Source: Bacteroidota bacterium
GTDB taxonomy: Bacteria > Bacteroidota > Bacteroidia > Flavobacteriales > JADGDT01
Reading direction: 5' to 3'
Length of the DNA: 64,000 bases
Assembly (NCBI GenBank): GCA_039714315.1
Contig: JBDLJM010000001.1
Coordinates: 12,253-76,252, forward strand
The notes under the pieces were generated by a model, which saw only the letters and a list, made by a program, of their open reading frames with translations, had not been told where the DNA came from and ran no database searches. The number at the start of each line of letters is the position of its first letter. Position 1 is the first letter of the stretch. The position numbers and the translations under genes were made by a program. Positions 1 through 7,914 of the stretch are shown piece by piece.

Positions 1-561
1 AGAAAACATCCCGATCAAAAATTTGTTGAAGTAAATACAAAAAATATCCTATTTATTGCCGGAGGTGCATTTTCAGGTATCGAACGTAAAATAGGTGATA
101 GATTGAATACTCGTTCTATAGGTTATCAAAAAGACTTTTTGGATCAGGTAGATGAAGAAAATATGTTACAATATGTTCTTCCTATGGATTTGAAGTCTTT
201 CGGATTGATTCCTGAGTTAATTGGGCGTTTGCCTGTATTGACTCATCTGGATCCTTTAGATGAAGAGTCTTTGAGAATGATTCTTACCGAACCAAAAAAT
301 GCTATCGTAAAACAATATATTAAGTTGTTCGAAATTGATGGTGTTAAATTGGAGATTGAAGAATCAGCGATTAAGTTTATGGTTGATAAGGCAGTAGAGT
401 TTAAGCTTGGAGCGCGTGGATTAAGATCAATTATAGAGGCAATCTTAACAGATGCTATGTTCGATGCTCCTTCAAATGGAGATGAGAAACTTGTTATCAC
501 ACACGAATATGCCGAAAGTAAAATGAGTCAGTCAAAACTGAGGAGACTTAAAGCAGTGTAA
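1..561 (+). CDS. clpX: ATP-dependent protease ATP-binding subunit ClpX, C-terminal part (5' end lies outside the window)
   Basis: Frame 1 is open from nt 1 (RKHPDQKFVEVNTKNILFIAGGAFSGIERKIGDRLN...) and runs into track ORF 103..561. The ...GRLPVLTHLDPLDEESLRMILTEPKNAIVKQY...GARGLRSIIE segment is the typical ClpX AAA+ lid/C-terminal region. Confidence 0.9.
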   Translation, partial: RKHPDQKFVEVNTKNILFIAGGAFSGIERKIGDRLNTRSIGYQKDFLDQVDEENMLQYVLPMDLKSFGLIPELIGRLPVLTHLDPLDEESLRMILTEPKNAIVKQYIKLFEIDGVKLEIEESAIKFMVDKAVEFKLGARGLRSIIEAILTDAMFDAPSNGDEKLVITHEYAESKMSQSKLRRLKAV

Positions 562-602
562 ATGATAAAATTCAAAAAGACTCTAAAAAGTCTATAAAAA
601 AC

Positions 603-713
603 CGTCATTTCGACTAAGCGATAGCGCATGGAGAAATCTCATGATGATTGTAGTGTCATTCAACAGATCTCTCCACTCGTTTCACTCGGTCGGGATGACG
701 TTTTTTTTTTTTT
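603..713 (+). terminator. Long imperfect palindromic element (~98 nt) followed by a 13-nt T-run; probable clpX terminator or REP-like intergenic element
   Basis: Left arm 603-639 (cgtcatttcgac...tggagaaatct) pairs with right arm 666-700 (agatctctcca...gtcgggatgacg). The terminal 6 bp are perfect and 10 of 11 bp pair at the inner end. T-run at 701-713. Confidence 0.6.
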
Positions 714-739
714 GATATTTTTACTAATTAACAATATAA

Positions 740-1828
740 ATGAATACAAAAGTATTTATACCCAGAGACCTCCAAATGGATGGAATTGATGAACACATCG
801 AAAAGTGGAGAAGTCCTTCAAATATTGCTTTAGTTAAATATTGGGGGAAAGTCGGACACCAAATCCCGGCAAACCCATCTATCAGTTTTACCCTGAAAAA
901 TAGCTATACCGAAACAGAAATTAAGTTTGTAAAGAAGCCGGTAGAGAGTGAAACTATTGATTTTGAGCTTCTTTTTGAAGGTGAAAAAAATGAATCATTT
1001 TCTGTTAAAGTTGCTTCATATCTCGAAAATATTAGGGTTTATACACCGTATTTGAAGTATTACAGACTCGAAATTAATACTTCAAATTCGTTTCCGCACT
1101 CAAGTGGAATTGCATCGTCAGCTTCCGGATTTAGTGCATTGTCGGCATGTTTGGTAGCGTTTGAAGAAAAAATAAACCCTGAAATAAAAAATAGAATTGC
1201 AAGACAAAAAGTTTCTTTCCTGTCTCGTTTAGGATCAGGAAGTGCTTGTCGTTCAGTAGAAGGGCCGGTAATGATCTGGGGGGAGCACGAAAAATATCGC
1301 CTGTCTGACAATGAAGTGGCTGTTGTTCCTGACTTGGAGTTGCATAGCAATTTTTATGAGTTTCAGGATACTATTTTACTTGTCGATAAGGGTAAGAAAT
1401 CTGTGTCGAGTACAGTTGGTCATGCGTTGATGGAAGGACACCCGTTTGCAGATAAACGATTTGAGCAGGCAAATGAGAATATTACTGAAATAAAAGAAGT
1501 TCTTCAAAACGGAGATTTAAAGAGATTTGGAGAGATTGTCGAAAATGAAGCTTTGACACTTCATGCAATGATGATGACTTCAACACCTTCTTATATTTTG
1601 ATGAAGCCTAATACTCTTTTAGTGCTTGAAGCAGTTAAGAGCTATAGGGAGGCTAGTGGTAATAATTTGTATTTTACTCTCGATGCAGGTGCTAACGTTC
1701 ACTTGCTTTATCCAAAATCAGAGAAAAAGGAGATCATGTCTTTTGTTGAAAATGAGTTAGTTGTATATTGTGAAAATCAGCAGTATATTTGTGACGAACT
1801 CGGTTTAGGAGTTGAGAAAATAAATTAA
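740..1828 (+). CDS. mvaD: Diphosphomevalonate decarboxylase (GHMP superfamily, mevalonate pathway)
   Basis: 362 aa. SPSNIALVKYWGK N-terminal motif, SSGIASSASGFSAL GHMP motif and SGSACRS motif are typical of mevalonate diphosphate decarboxylases. Confidence 0.85.
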   Translation: MNTKVFIPRDLQMDGIDEHIEKWRSPSNIALVKYWGKVGHQIPANPSISFTLKNSYTETEIKFVKKPVESETIDFELLFEGEKNESFSVKVASYLENIRVYTPYLKYYRLEINTSNSFPHSSGIASSASGFSALSACLVAFEEKINPEIKNRIARQKVSFLSRLGSGSACRSVEGPVMIWGEHEKYRLSDNEVAVVPDLELHSNFYEFQDTILLVDKGKKSVSSTVGHALMEGHPFADKRFEQANENITEIKEVLQNGDLKRFGEIVENEALTLHAMMMTSTPSYILMKPNTLLVLEAVKSYREASGNNLYFTLDAGANVHLLYPKSEKKEIMSFVENELVVYCENQQYICDELGLGVEKIN

Positions 1829-1892
1829 GAAATAAAAGTGATGCTGATTTCATTGCCTAAAGTTGGCTGGTCAGTTTCCTATTTATAAATAT

Positions 1893-2837
1893 ATGGATAA
1901 AAAACCTTTATTTTTCGCGAAGGTATTATTGTTTGGAGAGTATGGAATCATTAGAGATTCTATGGGTTTGTCGGTACCTTATAATTTTTATCAGGGAGCG
2001 TTGAAACTTCCCGCTTCAGGCGAAATTAGTAGAGATGCGGATAATTCTAACTTTCATCTTCGCAATTATGTTTCTTATCTCGAAAAATTAAATTCTGATA
2101 AGGATTTTAATGTCAATTTCAATATCGACGCACTGTTATCTGATATAGATAATGGACTGTATTTTGATTCAAGTATACCACAAGGTTATGGTGTTGGCAG
2201 TTCAGGAGCTCTTGTTGCTGCGCTTTACGATAAATATGCCATTGATAAGATTGATACTAATTCTAAACTTTCCAAGGAGAATATTCAGGAGCTGAAAAGG
2301 ATTTTTGGAGAGATGGAATCTCATTTTCACGGGAAAAGTTCAGGTATCGACCCTTTAATCTGTTATTTGAATATTCCATTGCTCATAAAGTCTAAAAATG
2401 AAATAGACCCTGTAGGTATACCTGATATGGTAGAAGGGAAGGGTGCAGTGTTTCTTATAGATTCGGGAATGCCTGGCGAAACGCAGCCTATGGTCAATAT
2501 TTTCATGGAAAAATGCAAGCAGGAAGGCTTCCGTAATATGTTGAAGGAGCAGTTTGTTAAGTATAATGATGCTTGTATTAAATCGTTTGTGAAAGGTGAG
2601 TTTACAACTCTTTTCAAAAATATGAAGGACTTATCCTCGTTGGTTTTAGATAATTTTAAGCCGATGATACCCGACTCTTTTCATAATTTATGGCAAAAAG
2701 GGATTGATTCTGATGATTATTATATGAAGCTTTGCGGCTCCGGAGGTGGTGGTTATATTTTAGGTTTTGCCGAGGATTTCCAAAAAGCCGAAGAGTCATT
2801 AAAAGATCATAAACTGGAAGTTATTTATCGATTTTAA
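1893..2837 (+). CDS. GHMP-family kinase, mevalonate kinase-like (specificity for mevalonate versus phosphomevalonate not resolvable by eye)
   Basis: KVLLFGEYGII N-terminal motif, PQGYGVGSSGALVAAL GHMP motif II, and LCGSGGGGYILGF near the C-terminus. ATG 1893 is preferred over the TTG at 1863 used by the track. Confidence 0.75.
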   Translation: MDKKPLFFAKVLLFGEYGIIRDSMGLSVPYNFYQGALKLPASGEISRDADNSNFHLRNYVSYLEKLNSDKDFNVNFNIDALLSDIDNGLYFDSSIPQGYGVGSSGALVAALYDKYAIDKIDTNSKLSKENIQELKRIFGEMESHFHGKSSGIDPLICYLNIPLLIKSKNEIDPVGIPDMVEGKGAVFLIDSGMPGETQPMVNIFMEKCKQEGFRNMLKEQFVKYNDACIKSFVKGEFTTLFKNMKDLSSLVLDNFKPMIPDSFHNLWQKGIDSDDYYMKLCGSGGGGYILGFAEDFQKAEESLKDHKLEVIYRF

Positions 2838-2917
2838 ATTATACACCCCATACCTAATTAAGCTTGTAAATTATCAACTCAGTAACCCTTAAATATAATA
2901 TCAGGAAAATTATCGGA

Positions 2918-3754
2918 TTGTTATCTGTTGTTCGTGGTTATAATATTTTGGTTATTGTTTTGGCTCAGTACCTTACATCTATATATATTCTTTCGTACGA
3001 CGATAATGTTTGGGATGTAATTCTAAATCCAACACTGTTCATTTTGGTTTTTAGTTCTTCACTGGTAATTGCTGCCGGATATATTATCAATGCATTTTAC
3101 GATTTTGAGAAGGACAGAATAAATAAACCCTCTAAAACTGCACTGGATAATCTTGTGAGTCAGCGTACAAAGCTGGGAGTTTATGTGTTGTTTAATTCTG
3201 TTGCTATAATTATAAGTTTAGCAGTGTCGGTAAGGGCTGCTTTTTTTATGCTTTCTTACGCTTTTGGGATTTGGATGTATTCTCATAAACTTAAGAAAAT
3301 AACTTTTATTGGAAATATTGTCGCTTCTTTACTTGCAATTACTCCTTTCTTTGCGATATTTCTCTATTACAGGCATATTTCGGAGTTGATAGTGTTGCAT
3401 GCTACTTTTTTGTATCTGTTGATCCTGATCAGAGAGTTGGTGAAAGATCTTCTTAATTACAATGGAGATTTAATTTATGGTTATCAGACAATTCCTGTGC
3501 GATATACTCTAAATATCTCCCGCTATGTTATTTCTGTATTGGTGTTCCTGACCTTGATTCCAGGCTTTATGCTTACACGATTTTCGGAGGTAGGAGCTAT
3601 GGAGGTGTATTTTTATTTTAGTATGGGGGTTTTGTTCGTGTTTGTAATTGGACTCTGGTACTTAAAAGGAGTAAAATGGTACTTACTTCAATATAATATT
3701 ATTAAACTTCTGATACTCGCAGGAGTATTTTCTATTGCTCTTGTTCCTTATTAG
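2918..3754 (+). CDS. UbiA-family aromatic/polyprenyl prenyltransferase, resembling archaeal-type (digeranylgeranyl)glyceryl-phosphate prenyltransferases
   Basis: 278 aa, about 8-9 hydrophobic helices. First Asp-rich motif NAFYDFEKD (NxxxDxxxD) and second motif KDLLNYNGD (DxxxxxGD). The TTG start is uncertain. Confidence 0.75.
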   Translation: MLSVVRGYNILVIVLAQYLTSIYILSYDDNVWDVILNPTLFILVFSSSLVIAAGYIINAFYDFEKDRINKPSKTALDNLVSQRTKLGVYVLFNSVAIIISLAVSVRAAFFMLSYAFGIWMYSHKLKKITFIGNIVASLLAITPFFAIFLYYRHISELIVLHATFLYLLILIRELVKDLLNYNGDLIYGYQTIPVRYTLNISRYVISVLVFLTLIPGFMLTRFSEVGAMEVYFYFSMGVLFVFVIGLWYLKGVKWYLLQYNIIKLLILAGVFSIALVPY

Positions 3755-3773
3755 TTTGAAATTCATATCTCCA

Positions 3774-3866
3774 AACTCCAAGTACTCATAATAAAGTTTG
3801 GAGTGCCTAGAGTTATAAGTGCCTAGAGTTAAAAGTGCTCATAACTCCAAGTACTCATAACTTCAT
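3774..3866. repeat. Short intergenic repeats: an 18-nt direct repeat and four degenerate 16-nt tandem units
   Basis: aactccaagtactcataa occurs at 3774-3791 and 3843-3860. The 16-nt units are gtgcctagagttataa / gtgcctagagttaaaa / gtgctcataactccaa / gtactcataacttcat at 3803-3866. Confidence 0.8.
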
Positions 3867-3974
3867 ATAAACGTTTGAATTGTAAATATTTGACTTTGTA
3901 AACTATTTCATTATAAGTAGTGCATTTTGTTTGAAATGTAGTACTTTTGCAAAAATTTTTTCGAAATATAATAT

Positions 3975-4979
3975 ATGGCAGTAGACAAAAAATCTTCTGG
4001 TAAAAGAGAAGGTAAATCAAGGGTTTCGAATACTGATAATAAAAAAGGTCACCGCTCCCAACGTCACAGCGACACAGACAAACGTCGTCGTGATAGAGAA
4101 AATAGTGCTGAAAATTTTAGTAAGGTCAGAGCTGAGAGAGCCGGATCGAAACTAAAAAAGAGTTCCGGAGGAAATTCTGAAAGAGATTTTAAGAATTCCA
4201 GAGCTAATAAGCCTTTTAAAAGCGGGAAGAAACATGAAACCCAGGCCAGTGTAGAAAAACGAATTGAGAAAGATGGAATCAGACTCAACAAGTTTATCGC
4301 AAATGCTGGTATTTGTTCTCGGCGTGATGCCGACAAGCACATTGTTGCTGGATTAGTTACCGTAAATGGTAAAGTTGTAGACTCGATGGGATATCGGGTT
4401 AAGAGTACTGATGAAGTTAAGTTTGACGGAACAAGCATACAGGCAGAAAAGAAATTGTATGTATTGTTGAATAAGCCTAAAAACTTTATTACTACTAGAG
4501 AAGATACTCACGGTCGTAGAACTGTAATGGATCTTATTAGTGGTATAGGTAATGTAAGGGTTTATCCGGTAGGAAGACTTGACAGAAATACTACAGGAGT
4601 ACTTTTATTTTCAAATGATGGGGAAATGACAAAGCGTCTTACTCATCCAACTTTTGGAGTGAAAAAGATGTATCATGTTACACTTAATCAGAAGCTGAAA
4701 CAGGTACACCTCGAGAAAATACTTGACGGGATGCATTTGGAAGATGGTTCGGTGTATGTTGATAGTGTTTCTTATGTAAATAATGCACCAAAAACAGAAG
4801 TTGGTATTGAGATCAGTTCAGGAAAAAACCGTATCGTTCGTCGTATTTTTGAATCTTTAGGTTATGAGGTTGTTAAGCTCGATAGAGTTATGTTTGCCGG
4901 ACTGACTAAAAAGAACATTAAACGAGGGCAGTGGCGTTTCCTTACTCAGGATGAAGTAAACTTTTTGAAGATGATCTAG
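3975..4979 (+). CDS. rluB: 23S rRNA pseudouridine synthase, RluB/RsuA family, with an N-terminal ~100-aa K/R/S-rich extension
   Basis: S4 domain (IRLNKFIANAGICSRRDADKHI) followed by the catalytic motif VYPVGRLDRNTTGVLLFSNDGE. Confidence 0.9.
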   Translation: MAVDKKSSGKREGKSRVSNTDNKKGHRSQRHSDTDKRRRDRENSAENFSKVRAERAGSKLKKSSGGNSERDFKNSRANKPFKSGKKHETQASVEKRIEKDGIRLNKFIANAGICSRRDADKHIVAGLVTVNGKVVDSMGYRVKSTDEVKFDGTSIQAEKKLYVLLNKPKNFITTREDTHGRRTVMDLISGIGNVRVYPVGRLDRNTTGVLLFSNDGEMTKRLTHPTFGVKKMYHVTLNQKLKQVHLEKILDGMHLEDGSVYVDSVSYVNNAPKTEVGIEISSGKNRIVRRIFESLGYEVVKLDRVMFAGLTKKNIKRGQWRFLTQDEVNFLKMI

Positions 4980-5008
4980 CGATCAATAATGTAGTTGTAA
5001 AAGATGTT

Positions 5009-5044
5009 AATCCTTTGTGAATTTTTCGCAAAGGATTTTTTTTT
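5009..5044 (+). terminator. Rho-independent terminator after rluB
   Basis: Stem aatcctttg (5009-5017) pairs with caaaggatt (5029-5037), followed by a T-run. Confidence 0.7.
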
Positions 5045-5159
5045 GTCCGGGTTGCAATTATGGATATATCAATTACTGTAATTGCGTGAGTTCGATCATA
5101 AATTCAAAAAAATATTATATCGGTCATTTTGATGTCATATTGGTATAACTGAGCTTGTT

Positions 5160-5198
5160 TAAAAAAAAAGCAGGAAATCAGCTGACTAATTTCCTGCT
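5160..5198 (-). terminator. Rho-independent terminator after pepF
   Basis: agcaggaaat (5169-5178) pairs with atttcctgct (5189-5198). On the minus strand it is followed by a 9-nt T-run (the A-run at 5160-5168 on plus). Confidence 0.8.
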
Positions 5199-5222
5199 CA
5201 AATGTTTTTAATGGATTAAATT

Positions 5223-7109
5223 TTACATTCCTTTCTTGTCAAGTATCTTCTCAATCTCATCCATAACTTTATTCATGGCACTGATTGTTTTAGTGAAAGC
5301 TTCTGGACTTGTCATGTCTACACCTGCTTTCTTTAGCAGTTCGATCTGATATTCTGAGCTTCCTGAGCTTAGAAATGCAAGGTATTTTTCCAAAGCATCT
5401 TTTTCTTTATTCATAACTGCTTCTGCCAGTGAATTTGATGCTACAAACGAAGTACTGTACTGGTATACATAGAAGTTGTAATAGAAATGAGGGATAAAGG
5501 CCCATTCCGTGTTGATATATTCATCAACATAACATACTCCGGCATCGTGTCCGTAATATTTATGTACAATTTCCTTGTATAGATTAGACAGGTACTCGCC
5601 AGTTAAAGGAGTTCCGGCCTGCGCAGCTTCATGAATTTTCATTTCGAATTCGGCAAATTGCGTCTGGCGGAAAAGAGTTCCTTTAAATCCGTTAAGTCTG
5701 TCCATTAACAGTGAAAGTTTTACTTCCTCATCTTTTACTTTTTTCAACATGTGGTTAAATAGTAATACTTCGTTGAAAGTTGAAGCTACTTCGGCAACAA
5801 ATATTCCGTAATCAGAAGTAGGGTAGGGCTGATTTTTGTTCGAATAGTAGCTTTGCATTGTGTGCCCCAGTTCGTGAGCTGTGGTGCTTACGTCGTTGTA
5901 CAGACCATTGTAATTTAATAAAATGTAAGGGTGTCCGTCGTAAAATGCTCCGTTTGAGTATGCCCCTGAACGTTTTCCCGGTGTAGGGTATACGTCAATC
6001 CATCTCTCGTTAAAAGCTTTTTCTACAGTGGCAACATAATCTTTTCCAAGTGGGGCTAAAGATTTTAGTATAATTTCCTGAGCTTCCTCGTATGTGTATT
6101 TCAGGTCCACGCCTTTAACCGAAGGAGCATACAGATCCATATATTTTAGAGTGTCAACTCCCATCATACGCTTTTTAATTTTCAGATATCTATGGAATGC
6201 AGGAAGATTTTTATTCACGTTGTTTACCAAAGATTTATAAACATCAGTAGGTATATTGTTTGGAAATAACGATGCTTCGAGTGAAGATTCATATTTACGG
6301 GCTTTTGAAACGAATAAATCGCTTTTTACATTACCGTATAGCATATCTCCATATGAGGCTTCGTATTTTTTGAAATTGTTCCAGTAACCTTCGAATACTT
6401 TTTTCCGGTCAGCGCGATTGGCTGATGCTCTGTATTTTTCATATCCGGCACTGTTAAGTGCAACCACTTCTCCGTTGTCAAGTGTTACTTCCGGGCTTGG
6501 CATTTCTGCATCTTTAAATGTTCCGTATATTGATGCAGGTGAGCCGGTAATTAAACCTGATAATGCAAGGATTCTCTCTTCTGCCTCACTTAAAGAATGT
6601 TTCTGTTGGCGGAATAAATCTTTTAATCCCATTTCGTATTCTTTCAGCAGGGGTTCTTTGCTTATGTAGTCTTCAATAACCGACCAGTCAACGCTTAGTA
6701 TTTCAGGTCTTACAAACGCTGCCTTAGCCGAGAAATCAGTGAATATTTGCTGTAATTCCTGTTCCATACCTTTGTAGTGCATGTTACGGGTGTCCAGATC
6801 GGCATTCATGCTCGCGTATATGTAGAGTTTAGTCATCTCTTTAGAAACTGTAGATCTGTATACCATAGCATCTAACAGGTTTTGAGGAGACTGGGTTAGT
6901 TTTCCTTTGAAGTCGTCAATCCTGTCGAGTTCTCCTGTCAGTTTTTCTTTTGCCTGATTCCATGCTTCTTCAGATGCATAAATATCTGTTAAATCCCATT
7001 TGTATTTGTCTTCTATTTCAGCTCGGTCGTTTTGTCCATAGCTTGCTGTTCCTGTTAGCAGCGAAATAAATAGCACAAATAACAGGCTGGTTCTAAGTTT
7101 TGTTTTCAC
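5223..7109 (-). CDS. pepF: Oligoendopeptidase F (M3B family metallopeptidase), secreted
   Basis: 628 aa. N-terminal signal peptide, HELGH zinc motif (TTAHELGHTMQSYY), M3-family length. GTG start. Confidence 0.9.
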   Translation of the reverse strand: MKTKLRTSLLFVLFISLLTGTASYGQNDRAEIEDKYKWDLTDIYASEEAWNQAKEKLTGELDRIDDFKGKLTQSPQNLLDAMVYRSTVSKEMTKLYIYASMNADLDTRNMHYKGMEQELQQIFTDFSAKAAFVRPEILSVDWSVIEDYISKEPLLKEYEMGLKDLFRQQKHSLSEAEERILALSGLITGSPASIYGTFKDAEMPSPEVTLDNGEVVALNSAGYEKYRASANRADRKKVFEGYWNNFKKYEASYGDMLYGNVKSDLFVSKARKYESSLEASLFPNNIPTDVYKSLVNNVNKNLPAFHRYLKIKKRMMGVDTLKYMDLYAPSVKGVDLKYTYEEAQEIILKSLAPLGKDYVATVEKAFNERWIDVYPTPGKRSGAYSNGAFYDGHPYILLNYNGLYNDVSTTAHELGHTMQSYYSNKNQPYPTSDYGIFVAEVASTFNEVLLFNHMLKKVKDEEVKLSLLMDRLNGFKGTLFRQTQFAEFEMKIHEAAQAGTPLTGEYLSNLYKEIVHKYYGHDAGVCYVDEYINTEWAFIPHFYYNFYVYQYSTSFVASNSLAEAVMNKEKDALEKYLAFLSSGSSEYQIELLKKAGVDMTSPEAFTKTISAMNKVMDEIEKILDKKGM

Positions 7110-7395
7110 AATGTTATAATTTTGTTTTACATAGTTTTATATTTAAATGTAGTGATTTTTTTTGACTCAAATTCATAACTGGTTTTTATTCTGGAGCTTT
7201 TGTGTCAGCGTCAGAGGTGTAGATGATTTATTGATAGACGCATTTGGTGTTAGTGCGTAGATTTTCAGAAGAAAGTAAGTTAAATAAAGTAGGGTTTTCA
7301 CGATGAGAAAAATCAAGCCCATAGTCTAAACTTTAGACTTTCTACCCTAAAATAAATTCAGGATCTACTTTAGACTTTTTGGATAAAAAGAGAAT

Positions 7396-7437
7396 AAAAA
7401 AAGCCGCAACAATTAGAGTAATTGTTGCGGCTTTTTT
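7396..7437 (-). terminator. Terminator hairpin downstream of the tRNA-Phe array (sequence is symmetric, so potentially bidirectional)
   Basis: 12-bp stem: gccgcaacaatt (7403-7414) pairs with aattgttgcggc (7420-7431). Flanked by an A-run (7396-7402) and a T-run (7432-7437). Confidence 0.8.
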
Positions 7438-7438
7438 G

Positions 7439-7511
7439 TGGTACCTCCAGGAATCGAACCAGGGACACATGGATTTTCAGTCCATTGCTCTACCAACTGA
7501 GCTAAGGTACC
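7439..7511 (-). tRNA. tRNA-Phe (GAA), copy 3 of the array
   Basis: The reverse complement ggtaccttagctcagttggtagagcaatggactGAAaatccatgtgtccctggttcgattcctggaggtacca folds as a cloverleaf. 7-bp acceptor stem, anticodon loop cuGAAaa, GGTTCGATTCC T-arm. CCA is not encoded. Confidence 0.95.
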
Positions 7512-7535
7512 TTACCGTAATTAAAAAAAAGAAAG

Positions 7536-7608
7536 TGGTACCTCCAGGAATCGAACCAGGGACACATGGATTTTCAGTCCATTGCTCTACCAACTGAGCT
7601 AAGGTACC
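7536..7608 (-). tRNA. tRNA-Phe (GAA), copy 2
   Basis: 73 nt, identical to 7439-7511. Confidence 0.95.
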
Positions 7609-7642
7609 TTCTATTTTTTATTCACTATTTTAAGAACTTGAG

Positions 7643-7715
7643 TGGTACCTCCAGGAATCGAACCAGGGACACATGGATTTTCAGTCCATTGCTCTACCAA
7701 CTGAGCTAAGGTACC
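7643..7715 (-). tRNA. tRNA-Phe (GAA), copy 1
   Basis: 73 nt, identical to 7439-7511. Confidence 0.95.
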
Positions 7716-7737
7716 GTGCTTTTTTTCTTAGCGGGTG

Positions 7738-7745
7738 CAAATATA
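7738..7745 (-). promoter_or_regulatory. Bacteroidetes-type -7 promoter box (TATATTTG) for the tRNA-Phe array
   Basis: The reverse complement of caaatata is TATATTTG, matching the TAnnTTTG consensus, about 22 nt upstream of the first tRNA 5' end. No clean -33 TTG was seen. Confidence 0.45.
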
Positions 7746-7914
7746 TGGTATTTGTTTTGAATAATAAAAGCTATTTTTGTAAAAAAAAGAACTTTGTTGA
7801 TTTTGAGGTCTTAACGACTTGAAATATAAATGAATATTTTCTGATAATAACTTATTTATATGTTAACATATATGCTAAGCTTTTTTATTTTTGCCTGAAT
7901 TTTATAGATAAACA

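Noticed and set aside
3975-4290. A roughly 100-aa K/R/S/D-rich, low-complexity N-terminal extension on RluB.
   Set aside because: Basic disordered tails are common on RluB and other RNA-modifying enzymes, usually at the C-terminus in proteobacteria. It is probably non-specific RNA affinity rather than a separate feature.
4064-4438. Antisense or alternative-frame ORFs of 100-124 aa inside well-supported genes. This one lies in rluB. The others are 14956-15300 in ppiD, 21890-22225 in mreB, 22854-23171 in purH, 27945-28256 in the adhesin, 41363-41680 in rpsQ, 56075-56440 in the PLP enzyme, and 61050-61367 in bshB1.
   Set aside because: All lie fully within, or largely overlap, genes with clear family signatures on the other strand or frame. 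Their translations are low-complexity (S/L/F/I-rich) with no recognisable motifs. They are typical shadow ORFs of AT-rich DNA.
7379-7597. 72-aa plus-strand ORF spanning the tRNA region.
   Set aside because: It is the antisense translation of two identical tRNA-Phe genes plus the terminator hairpin, so it is not a protein.
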